This document shows positions 48,389 through 56,196 of a stretch of 64,000 nt of DNA, piece by piece. Under the pieces are notes generated by a model, which saw nothing but the letters and a program-made list of their open reading frames with translations, was not told the origin of the DNA and searched no databases. The DNA comes from a virus. Its lineage: Duplodnaviria > Caudoviricetes. Both the position numbers and the translations under genes were made by a program. The DNA lies in the IMG/VR virus record IMGVR_UViG_3300031801_001562, one strand, 5' to 3'. Position 1 is the stretch's first letter. Each line of letters starts with the position of its first letter.

Positions 48389-48999
48389 TATTCTCCGAAA
48401 TAATAAGGGTTTTCTTTTGTTTTAAATATAAACCCTTGTTCTAGAACATCTGAATTATAATCTAATTTCCAATAAACATTAGGATCTACAGCAGATGCTT
48501 CAGGAAATATAGTTGAAGAAAAAGTAGAATCAGATTTAAATAAAGGACTAATTTCATTACGAAAAACATATATTTGATTTTCATGATATAGCATGCAAGC
48601 AAAAGTTCCATCTACTTCATTTAGATCTTCATTTAATGCTTGATCAAATAACCATTCCGTATCCCAATCACCTTCAAATTTTCCTTCTTTAATAATACCA
48701 TTATGCCACAAAAATGATTTATCTTTTTTAGCTGGATGGATAAATCTACCTGTTGCCAAATCAGTATTATTAACTTCTTTTGATGTTGGTGCTTGTTGAT
48801 GTACTACACAATAATCCCAATTTCCATCTAATAAATCTAAATCTAAAGGCCCGTAAGATTTTGTTTGAGATTTAAGGTCTAGACCATCATCAGTATACAA
48901 AAACTGAGAAACTGAATGAGATTCTTCTCCCCGATATCTATTTAGGTCAACTAATTTTAGTAATTGCTTTTTATCTTTACTTGCAGAAATACTACACAT
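48388..48999 (-). CDS. Class II (Ntn) glutamine amidotransferase, Gat partner of QueC
   Basis: N-terminal Cys (MCS), VHQQAPT, HP, LWHNGII, DTE, GTFAC, RNEISPL. Confidence 0.85.
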   Translation of the reverse strand: MCSISASKDKKQLLKLVDLNRYRGEESHSVSQFLYTDDGLDLKSQTKSYGPLDLDLLDGNWDYCVVHQQAPTSKEVNNTDLATGRFIHPAKKDKSFLWHNGIIKEGKFEGDWDTEWLFDQALNEDLNEVDGTFACMLYHENQIYVFRNEISPLFKSDSTFSSTIFPEASAVDPNVYWKLDYNSDVLEQGFIFKTKENPYYFGE

Positions 49000-49738
49000 T
49001 CCAGTTTATCTCCTTTTGATATTGTATAGGATCCGGTACTCCTATATTCATAAATGCTTTAATTCGTTCACTACATGAAGGACATGTGCCACAGCTTTTT
49101 CCTTCTACATCGGGATCATAACAAGTTAAAGTATGTTTTAATAAATCAAAATTCCCTAATTCTTTACAAATCTTAAGTTCTTCTGTTTTACTTAATTGAG
49201 AAAAAGGTGCCACAATTTTGGTTTTAAATGTTCTATTTAAGGCTGCCACATTATTAAGAGCATCTACAAAAGCTTGACTAGTATCCCAATAACCATACTC
49301 ATCATGAACCTGTAATCCACAAAAAATAAATTCTGCTTTTACTACCTCTGCAAAAGCACAGGCATTACTTAATAACATCATATTTCTAAATGGAACATAT
49401 GTTACGGGTTGAGGATCTCCTAACACTTCTTTAATGTCAGGCATATCAATATCAGTACCAGATATATTTGCACTAATAGGTTGAACTAGTTCTCCAAAAT
49501 AACCAATATCTAATTGTTTATGTGCTACGCCTAATTCTTGACATAATTCTTTAGCTTTATTACATTCTTCAGCTTGTTTTTGTCCATAATTAAAAGTTAA
49601 TGCAAATACTTTTTCTGGACCATATTGATTAACAAGCATCATTGTAACAATGGAACTATCCATTCCTCCAGATAAAATTACTGCAACATTATCAAAATAA
49701 AATGGAAGTTTTTTTCTCGCTTCTTCTAAATCTGACAT
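48992..49738 (-). CDS. queC: 7-cyano-7-deazaguanine (preQ0) synthase
   Basis: ILSGGMDS PP-loop, FNYGQKQ, TYVPFRN, YWDT, Zn site TCY...CGTCPSC.ER; start moved to MSDLEE at 49738. Confidence 0.95.
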   Translation of the reverse strand: MSDLEEARKKLPFYFDNVAVILSGGMDSSIVTMMLVNQYGPEKVFALTFNYGQKQAEECNKAKELCQELGVAHKQLDIGYFGELVQPISANISGTDIDMPDIKEVLGDPQPVTYVPFRNMMLLSNACAFAEVVKAEFIFCGLQVHDEYGYWDTSQAFVDALNNVAALNRTFKTKIVAPFSQLSKTEELKICKELGNFDLLKHTLTCYDPDVEGKSCGTCPSCSERIKAFMNIGVPDPIQYQKEINWNV

Positions 49739-49971
49739 TAACTTTTCTCTACAACTTCTATCAATCGCGATAGATACCATTTAGCTTTATTTAAATCTTC
49801 AAGCTGTTTTTCTTTATTTTCATAACCCTTTTCCGTTTTCCTACCAGCTCGTAATATATACTTAACAATATTACCACGATGAAAATTTAAATCAAACGCT
49901 TCTATAACATCAATTGCTTCTAAGTTAGTATTACTTTGATAATGTTCGGGGTCTATTTTATTGGTAACCAT
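49738..49971 (-). CDS. DUF3310 (SaV-like) protein
   Basis: IDPEHY, EAIDVIE, F..GN.VKY..RAG.K, EDL.KA.WYL. Confidence 0.85.
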   Translation of the reverse strand: MVTNKIDPEHYQSNTNLEAIDVIEAFDLNFHRGNIVKYILRAGRKTEKGYENKEKQLEDLNKAKWYLSRLIEVVEKS

Positions 49972-50818
49972 ATTTATTCCTATCTATCCAATCAGGATAT
50001 TTCCGTTCCGGCCATTCTCCTGTTACTATTTCCCTAAATTTATCTACATTTTTATATAATAAATTAAAATCTATTTCTTCAGGTTGTAAATTATAAACAG
50101 AATCAAAAGAAGATTTTGGTTTATTTAATCTACCCATATTTCCATATATATCCCCATCTAATGCTGCCATAACTGGATTAGATGTATCCACACTATAAAT
50201 CCAATTATAATCTCTATAATGAGAAAATTCTCTTGCCTGCCAAGTTCCTAATAAATGATGCTTGAGATTTAGATCTATAATCTCTTCTTCAACCATCCTT
50301 TTAAGCAATTTAATTCTTTCATTCGCTTGTGTTGTCGGTTCTTTATCTGCCCAAGAATATACAAAAGGAATTCCGATAATATCAAAATGTTTTACCTGCC
50401 CCCCAAACTCTAAACCAAAATCTCTGAATTGTTTATAACAATCTATGAGCTCATCTTGTGTTGCACCTTGAGCAACAGGCATACCTTGACTAATAGTATC
50501 TGGATAACTATTTACAAATTCCATAGTTCTTTGTAAAGTTGTTTCTTTATTTCCTAGAACATCTGGCAATATAACATATTCCGGTTCTATTCGTTGATAC
50601 CATTCATATAACAATTCATTATCTAATGATTCCCCCAATTCAAAACAACTATTATCCAAATATATTATTTCCCCATGATCGGAAAATTCTAATGCTAGGT
50701 TTGCATATTCTTTATCTTCTAAAATTTTATGCAACAAAACGAACATATAATCACTTATAAAATCTTGATGTTCGTCTATTATAGAGAAAGGAATTTCGTG
50801 AGAAATTTTTACATTCAT
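49958..50818 (-). CDS. TGT-fold DNA base-exchange enzyme candidate (DpdA-like)
   Basis: YLDNSCFE, LPDVLG, MPVAQG, IGIP, HHLLG, SVDTSNP pattern; lies between folE and queC. Confidence 0.65.
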   Translation of the reverse strand: MNVKISHEIPFSIIDEHQDFISDYMFVLLHKILEDKEYANLALEFSDHGEIIYLDNSCFELGESLDNELLYEWYQRIEPEYVILPDVLGNKETTLQRTMEFVNSYPDTISQGMPVAQGATQDELIDCYKQFRDFGLEFGGQVKHFDIIGIPFVYSWADKEPTTQANERIKLLKRMVEEEIIDLNLKHHLLGTWQAREFSHYRDYNWIYSVDTSNPVMAALDGDIYGNMGRLNKPKSSFDSVYNLQPEEIDFNLLYKNVDKFREIVTGEWPERKYPDWIDRNKYGYQ

Positions 50819-50824
50819 ATAAGT

Positions 50825-51508
50825 TTAACTCATTAAAGATCTACACCCAGCTAAAAACTCTCTACGACATTCACCGTCTTCGAATTGTCCCGATGCTGAA
50901 AGTGTGGCTGTTGAAGATCGAAGATCTTGTATGCCTCGAGATTTAACACAAAAATGTAGTCCATCAATTTGAACAGCTACGTCTTCTGTTTTAGCAACAA
51001 ATGCAATTGTTGCGCGCACTTGTTCTGTTAATCTTTCTTGAACTTGAGGTCTTTTGGAAAAGAATTGAACTATTCGATTTAATTTTGAAAGTCCTAAAAC
51101 ATAATCATTAGGAATATATGCTACAGATGCTACTCCATCAATAACAATAAAATGATGTTCACAATATGATTGAACATTTATATTTCTTTCAAGAACAAAA
51201 GAACCCCTATAATTCATTGAATTTTTAATTTGTGTACATTTTGGAAATCTGTCATAATCTAAACCCCAAAAAATTTCATTAACATACATTTGAGCAACTC
51301 TTTCTGGAGTATCTCGTAAAGAATCATCTTTAAGATCTAAACCTAATTCAAACATAATATTTTTAACATTGTTTTGAATCTTTTCAATAGCTTCTTCAGA
51401 ATTAAATTCATCTCGAACTCGTGACATGGGTGTTTCTAATCCTAAAGAAAGTAAATGCTCATTCACTTTTCGACCCAACTCTGGATCGCATTTTCTACGT
51501 ACTTCCAT
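50825..51508 (-). CDS. folE: GTP cyclohydrolase I
   Basis: DDSLRDTPERVAQMY, SYCEHHF, GLSKLNRIV.FFSKRPQVQERLT, HFCVKSRG. Confidence 0.97.
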   Translation of the reverse strand: MEVRRKCDPELGRKVNEHLLSLGLETPMSRVRDEFNSEEAIEKIQNNVKNIMFELGLDLKDDSLRDTPERVAQMYVNEIFWGLDYDRFPKCTQIKNSMNYRGSFVLERNINVQSYCEHHFIVIDGVASVAYIPNDYVLGLSKLNRIVQFFSKRPQVQERLTEQVRATIAFVAKTEDVAVQIDGLHFCVKSRGIQDLRSSTATLSASGQFEDGECRREFLAGCRSLMS

Positions 51509-51535
51509 TTTCTCCTTTGTTTAATTTATTATTAT

Positions 51536-51564
51536 ATTATATAACATTATAGGCACAATGTCAA
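51536..51564 (-). promoter_or_regulatory. Consensus sigma70 promoter for the folE-queC operon (TTGACA-N17-TATAAT)
   Basis: -35 at 51559-51564, -10 at 51536-51541, exact consensus; AGGAG SD before folE. Confidence 0.88.
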
Positions 51565-51623
51565 GAATTTTTTAACATTTGTTTATTGTGGGGGGTATTA
51601 TGATGGGTATGATTTTATTATTT

Positions 51624-51818
51624 TTAGTGTTCGTCGAATGATATAATGTTACCGCGGGTATCAAGTTTAATATTCTTGATTCCAAATCGCGATTCCATAC
51701 TTTTCTTTTTTCGATCATCAGAAGCTATATGATCAAGATCTTTCCAATAGTGATTCATCTGTGTGACTGCTTGTTTTGAAGTCATCAAACGTTCTAAAAA
51801 TACTTTAAAAGATTTCAT
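51624..51818 (-). CDS. Small basic protein with internal-protein-like N-terminus (MKSFKVFLE)
   Basis: 64 aa; TAATG overlap with upstream nuclease gene. Confidence 0.6.
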   Translation of the reverse strand: MKSFKVFLERLMTSKQAVTQMNHYWKDLDHIASDDRKKKSMESRFGIKNIKLDTRGNIISFDEH

Positions 51819-52330
51819 TAACTGTGCTCCAGATATTTAACGCCGTCTCGTTCTTCGAGAAGTTTTCTATTTTTCATATGTTCTGCTTCAATTTCTTCTT
51901 TACTTCCGCCAAAATAGCCAACGGCATAACCATTTTCGCACATCCATTTGTTTACATTGGTCCAACCATTCCATTCATCGCCGGTGGCAGTGCAGTTGAT
52001 CCAGAGTTCTCCAAGAATTCTTCCGAATTTACCTCTACTGTCTTTCTCTGGACATCGACATTGGATTTCAATATCATCCCTGTCCGACACAATTGCCCAA
52101 TGTACCCACGATTTAAGGGCGGCCGAGGAGAGTTTTCCGTAAAACTTTTCTGCCAAATCACGAGTTCTTGATTCTGGTGTATCGATTCCCAACAAACGGA
52201 TTCGTCCACAATACCTAACATCGAACCCCAAATCAATAACTGCATCAATAGTATCTCCATCTACAACCTTCTCTACTGCAGTTATGTGGTAAATGAACTC
52301 GCAGGGGTTATCATTTTTATATTCGGCCAT
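51818..52330 (-). CDS. Thermonuclease (SNase-like) family nuclease
   Basis: KVVDGDTIDAVIDLGF, RIRLLGIDTPESRT, GKFGRILG, N..M...GYA..Y.G. Confidence 0.9.
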   Translation of the reverse strand: MAEYKNDNPCEFIYHITAVEKVVDGDTIDAVIDLGFDVRYCGRIRLLGIDTPESRTRDLAEKFYGKLSSAALKSWVHWAIVSDRDDIEIQCRCPEKDSRGKFGRILGELWINCTATGDEWNGWTNVNKWMCENGYAVGYFGGSKEEIEAEHMKNRKLLEERDGVKYLEHS

Positions 52331-52348
52331 AATTTTCCTTCTTCAAAT

Positions 52349-52537
52349 TTTGTGGCTGACCGTGCTTCTGTTCCCAAGTGACGGCCACAACTCGGCTATA
52401 GTCTACGCAGCGAGTGCGTAAGAGTATGCAGTATAATCGTCATTGTTTGCGATTAGTTTGATGGACCGTTACGGTGGTGCCTCTACCGAATACCTCTATA
52501 TCTACCTTCACAATCAATCGAAATCTATTTCAGCCCC
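52349..52537 (-). ncRNA. ssrA: Two-piece tmRNA, coding piece (5' acceptor strand plus tag reading frame)
   Basis: Starts GGGGCTGAAATAGATTTCGA at 52537; tag frame 52450-52403 = ANNDDYTAYSYALAA-stop; 3' TTGTGGC/GCCACAA pairing; 3' boundary approximate. Confidence 0.92.
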
Positions 52538-52538
52538 A

Positions 52539-52631
52539 TCAACGAAAGTCATATCCAATAAAAAGTGTGGCATAAGTTAAACCCAATGCAAGTATTATAA
52601 TTATTGCTAACCACATTAATTTCTTTTCCAT
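52539..52631 (-). CDS. 30-aa transmembrane peptide inside the tmRNA intervening sequence (MEKKLMWLAIIIILALGLTYATLFIGYDFR)
   Basis: ATG 52631, TGA 52539-52541, one base before tmRNA G1; purine-rich AAGAAAG upstream; clear TM profile. Confidence 0.6.
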   Translation of the reverse strand: MEKKLMWLAIIIILALGLTYATLFIGYDFR

Positions 52632-52640
52632 AACTTTCTT

Positions 52641-52700
52641 TGGTGGAGCTGATCGGAATCGCACCGATGTCTTAACTGTTATCTAGATATGTCAACAGTA
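52641..52700 (-). ncRNA. ssrA: Two-piece tmRNA, acceptor piece (T-arm and CCA end)
   Basis: ATCGG-TGCGATT-CCGAT T-arm, then CAGCTCC-A-CCA ending at 52641; pairs with GGGGCTG including G3.U; ATATCTA/TAGATAT and ACAGTTAA/TTGATTGT P2 pairing; 5' boundary approximate. Confidence 0.92.
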
Positions 52701-53351
52701 TCATCTGTATTTATTAACCCATGGAACTCTCACAGAAATATCCCTTTTTTCAGATATTCCGGTTGATTGGCCCTTATTAAAAAGAACTATAGGATAATCC
52801 AATTCTTCGTAATTAGAAAAATGTGCTGAATAATAAAAATTATCTGGTATACGAATAGGGTCTAATCTTTTCATCCAAAGATAAGTATCAAAGCCACCAT
52901 ATTTTTCTATATCTTCAAATTCAAATCTTTCCCAAATTTTTAAACTCGTATCTGGTCTCCATCCTAATATTGAAGAATTATATGGAGTACATAATATATC
53001 CCTATTTCTTTGATCTTCGAAATCATCCATATGTTCTCTCCAACGAGCCCATGGCGCACATAAATAATCTTGTTTTTCTACCCAATCAAATAAACTATCT
53101 ATATTACCTTTTATTACAACATCTAAATCAAATGCTAAAACAACATCTTCTGTAAACTGTTCTATTATTGGTGAATGATATAAAACTTTGGTCCACCATT
53201 TAGGAAGAATCGGTTCATCAAATACACGAAAATTTATATTATAAGTAGTATTTTTAAATACCATTTTTTCTAAACGTTGTATATCTTTTATAGTGTATTT
53301 GTCTCCTACACATATGCAGGCAACAGCTCTTCGCATAAAATTCATCGCCAT
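52701..53351 (-). CDS. Glycosyltransferase-like protein (GT-A, DxD)
   Basis: VGDKY...RL..MV, WWTKV, LAFDLDVVIKGNID, NSSILGW. Confidence 0.7.
   Translation of the reverse strand: MAMNFMRRAVACICVGDKYTIKDIQRLEKMVFKNTTYNINFRVFDEPILPKWWTKVLYHSPIIEQFTEDVVLAFDLDVVIKGNIDSLFDWVEKQDYLCAPWARWREHMDDFEDQRNRDILCTPYNSSILGWRPDTSLKIWERFEFEDIEKYGGFDTYLWMKRLDPIRIPDNFYYSAHFSNYEELDYPIVLFNKGQSTGISEKRDISVRVPWVNKYR
52706..52714 (-). promoter_or_regulatory. T4-type late promoter (ATAAATACA) just upstream of tmRNA
   Basis: Same 9-mer as at 6424 and 9335. Confidence 0.65.
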
Positions 53352-54034
53352 TGGCCTATAACCATAAATCGTTTATAATTACCAAAATCTTTTTCTCCTT
53401 TATACCATATATTTTTTATTTGATTTTTTTCAGTTAATTCTTCAACATCCTTTACACAATTTATATGATCCGTTAAATCAATATAATCATTAGATTGTAA
53501 ACAAACAAAAGGATTTCCTTTAAAAGAAAATTGATTTGTAAAATCTTGCATGTGCTCACAAGATGTACAGATAATTAAATGTCTTCTTCTAAGTTCTTTT
53601 CTTTCGAAATAATCATCATGTTGAATTACTTTATATTTTGGATTAAAAATATTTTTATATTGAGCCATTACTTTTTGACAAACTTCGTCTGGATCATATA
53701 AATCAATTTGAGTTATTCTTCCTTTAGTGAACCTGTCAATTAATTCTATCAGGGGCCAACCAAACCAAGATCCAATTATTTCTATTAGAAGAGGATAATC
53801 CCAATCCGGATTACCATCAGGAAATCTAATACTTTCAGAAGAATCTTTTGAATATTTTTTAATATTATCAGGAGTAGTTATTCTTAAATCATTTAAAATA
53901 TCACACATCCATTTTTTAGATTCATATTGATCATCAGATATAGAATCATCAAAACTTTTTTCATATTCAGAATGATTATTTTTTATAAATTTCTGAACAG
54001 TATAATATGGTGAATTTCTAAAATTTTCTACCAT
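53342..54034 (-). CDS. SAM-dependent methyltransferase-like protein (paralog 1)
   Basis: QYESK.W, IEIIGSWFG, IDLYDPD, IICTSCEHM, LQSNDY, RFMVIG; Rossmann-like pattern. Confidence 0.6.
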   Translation of the reverse strand: MVENFRNSPYYTVQKFIKNNHSEYEKSFDDSISDDQYESKKWMCDILNDLRITTPDNIKKYSKDSSESIRFPDGNPDWDYPLLIEIIGSWFGWPLIELIDRFTKGRITQIDLYDPDEVCQKVMAQYKNIFNPKYKVIQHDDYFERKELRRRHLIICTSCEHMQDFTNQFSFKGNPFVCLQSNDYIDLTDHINCVKDVEELTEKNQIKNIWYKGEKDFGNYKRFMVIGQWR

Positions 54035-54888
54035 CTACCTACCACCATAAAACGCTTATAATAACCAAAGTCTTTTTCTCCTTTATACATAATATCTGAG
54101 ATTCCATTTTTCTCTGCTAATTCATTTGCACTCTCAACACAATTTTCATGTTCTGGTAAATCTATATAATCATTACTTTGTAAAACATAAATTGGTTTGG
54201 GAGTATCTTTATAATATTCTTTCATCTCGCCAATATCAGGCATATGTTCACATGAAGTACAAATTATCATGTGTCTGATTCTTTTATCATTTCTTTCAAA
54301 GTAATCACCAAATTGATTTATATTATAAGACGGTTCAAAATGATACTTATATTTTTGAACTACTTCTTGACATACTTCATCTGGGTCGTATAAATCAATT
54401 TGTTCAATCTGGACAATAGTATCTTCTAACATTTCTATTAATGGCCATCCAAACCATGCTCCAACAATTTCAATTTTAAAAGAATCCTTGCTCCCGAAAA
54501 GTTCAGGTTTTAAAATTTGACACATCCATCTTTTAGATTCATATTGCCCATCAGTAATAGAATCTAAAAGGTTTGAAGCATATTCTGGATAAGATTCATC
54601 TAAGAATCTTTTAACTTTCATATATGGAGACCATTCCATAGTATTATTATAATTTACTTCATCTTTTTCAAATTGCCCCAAAGTTCTTTCCCATTCACCT
54701 TTAGTTCTTTCCCATTCAATCGCATTCCGGCGTTTTTCGGTTGCACGTCTTGCATCTTCCTTGTCCCATTGTCCTGAAGTTTTTTCCCATAAACCTTCAC
54801 AACGTTGCCATTCAATATTAGCTGCGCGTCTATCTCTTTGGAGAATTTTTAAATCAATTTCCGCTTTTTTAAAATCTTTTATGAACAT
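54028..54888 (-). CDS. SAM-dependent methyltransferase-like protein (paralog 2) with N-terminal Trp-heptad extension
   Basis: Same blocks as 53342..54034 (QYESKRWMC, IEIVGAWFGWPLIE, IDLYDPDEVCQ, ICTSCEHM, LQSNDYIDL). Confidence 0.6.
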   Translation of the reverse strand: MFIKDFKKAEIDLKILQRDRRAANIEWQRCEGLWEKTSGQWDKEDARRATEKRRNAIEWERTKGEWERTLGQFEKDEVNYNNTMEWSPYMKVKRFLDESYPEYASNLLDSITDGQYESKRWMCQILKPELFGSKDSFKIEIVGAWFGWPLIEMLEDTIVQIEQIDLYDPDEVCQEVVQKYKYHFEPSYNINQFGDYFERNDKRIRHMIICTSCEHMPDIGEMKEYYKDTPKPIYVLQSNDYIDLPEHENCVESANELAEKNGISDIMYKGEKDFGYYKRFMVVGRW

Positions 54889-55493
54889 CCTACCACTATT
54901 GAATATTTAACTTTTTGAAAATCATATTCTTCTTCAAATAAAACATCATTCAAATTATTCTGCTCTATTAATTGTTGGGTTGACATCACGGGATTGCATG
55001 AATATAAACGTTGTCTATTATTCCCGGCTAAAATGAATTTTCCCTTATGTACTTTACCGATAGGATATGTATCTTCACAAAATTTGTGAATAATGGGCCC
55101 CTTAAATTTTATATCATCGAATATAACATCTGTGCAATAAATGTTATCACTTATGAGTTCACAATCTTCACATACATAAGGATCTGAATCATAATATGAT
55201 ATATTATAACCTAATTTTTCTATTTTATCAACATGATAATTCATATACCAAGAACAGACGATATTCAAATCATCTTCATCAAAAAATTGAGTAATTAAAG
55301 AATGAATCTTATCATTTAAAACAATATTATATCGATTATTGGCTGAACCTAAATTATGTCGTCTATTTTCCAGTGTACTATACCACAAAGTATCGTATGC
55401 ATTTTCCGTTCCATATTTTGAAATAGAAGCAGCGAACTTTTCAAATTCTATCATAACTGCTCCACATGTCAAGAGCCCAACCTTTTGCTTCAT
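54879..55493 (-). CDS. Divergent member of the same methyltransferase-like family
   Basis: IVCSWY, ISYYDSDP, C-terminal N.V.....L...N....V.F...........VVG parallels the two paralogs. Confidence 0.45.
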   Translation of the reverse strand: MKQKVGLLTCGAVMIEFEKFAASISKYGTENAYDTLWYSTLENRRHNLGSANNRYNIVLNDKIHSLITQFFDEDDLNIVCSWYMNYHVDKIEKLGYNISYYDSDPYVCEDCELISDNIYCTDVIFDDIKFKGPIIHKFCEDTYPIGKVHKGKFILAGNNRQRLYSCNPVMSTQQLIEQNNLNDVLFEEEYDFQKVKYSIVVGCS

Positions 55494-56196
55494 GCAACTC
55501 TACATGAGTTTCATTAGGTTTCGCCCATTTTTTATGAGAAGTATTAAAAAGACATATCTTATAATCAGATCTATATTCTGTTGGATTTAAATCATCTGAA
55601 TATTTACAACCTATATTATAATTATATACATTTCCTGGTAACCAAAAATCTAAATTATTTTTTCTATGTTCCTGATAAAACAAATATTTGTCATATGAGG
55701 GATATGTAAAGAAAGCCTTTTCCTTATTTCTAACTAGCCTCTCATACATATCAAATCCAACATCGTCCTGCCAGGAAACAAAAGAAGAATTAATCGGAGT
55801 CGTCATATATCCATAATTAATTTTTGCCGCTTCATTGTTTCTCCAATAATTCCAAATATAAGTTACCTTATTCTTTTTTCTGTCTACTAGATCGGTTATA
55901 TTATTTTGAATTAAGATATCTAAATCAAACCAAGCCTTAGATCCGGAGACATGTTTATATCTATCGAAATAACACATCTTTTCGGATGTAAATATTTGTG
56001 TTCTTGGAAATTCGGAAAAATCATCTGGTATACTTTCTATTTTTATATCTGGATCTATACCAGTTGAATTATCAGTAAGACATGTAAAATTAAAAGGATT
56101 ATTATAATGTTTTTTAAGACTCTTGAAAAGCCTATTAACATATAATCTATTATACTTGGTTCCCCATTTCAAACAATAAAAATTTGTCATTTCCAT
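55441..56196 (-). CDS. Glycosyltransferase-like protein (GT-A, DxD)
   Basis: CLKWGTKY...YVNRL, FTCLTD, WFDLDILIQNNI, NSSFVSW. Confidence 0.72.
   Translation of the reverse strand: MEMTNFYCLKWGTKYNRLYVNRLFKSLKKHYNNPFNFTCLTDNSTGIDPDIKIESIPDDFSEFPRTQIFTSEKMCYFDRYKHVSGSKAWFDLDILIQNNITDLVDRKKNKVTYIWNYWRNNEAAKINYGYMTTPINSSFVSWQDDVGFDMYERLVRNKEKAFFTYPSYDKYLFYQEHRKNNLDFWLPGNVYNYNIGCKYSDDLNPTEYRSDYKICLFNTSHKKWAKPNETHVELHEAKGWALDMWSSYDRI

Noticed and set aside
52641-52672. Possible stand-alone tRNA-Ala
   Set aside because: Only the T-arm and 3' acceptor strand are present; the 5' strand lies 103 nt further along in the transcription direction with a tag ORF, so it is the tmRNA acceptor piece
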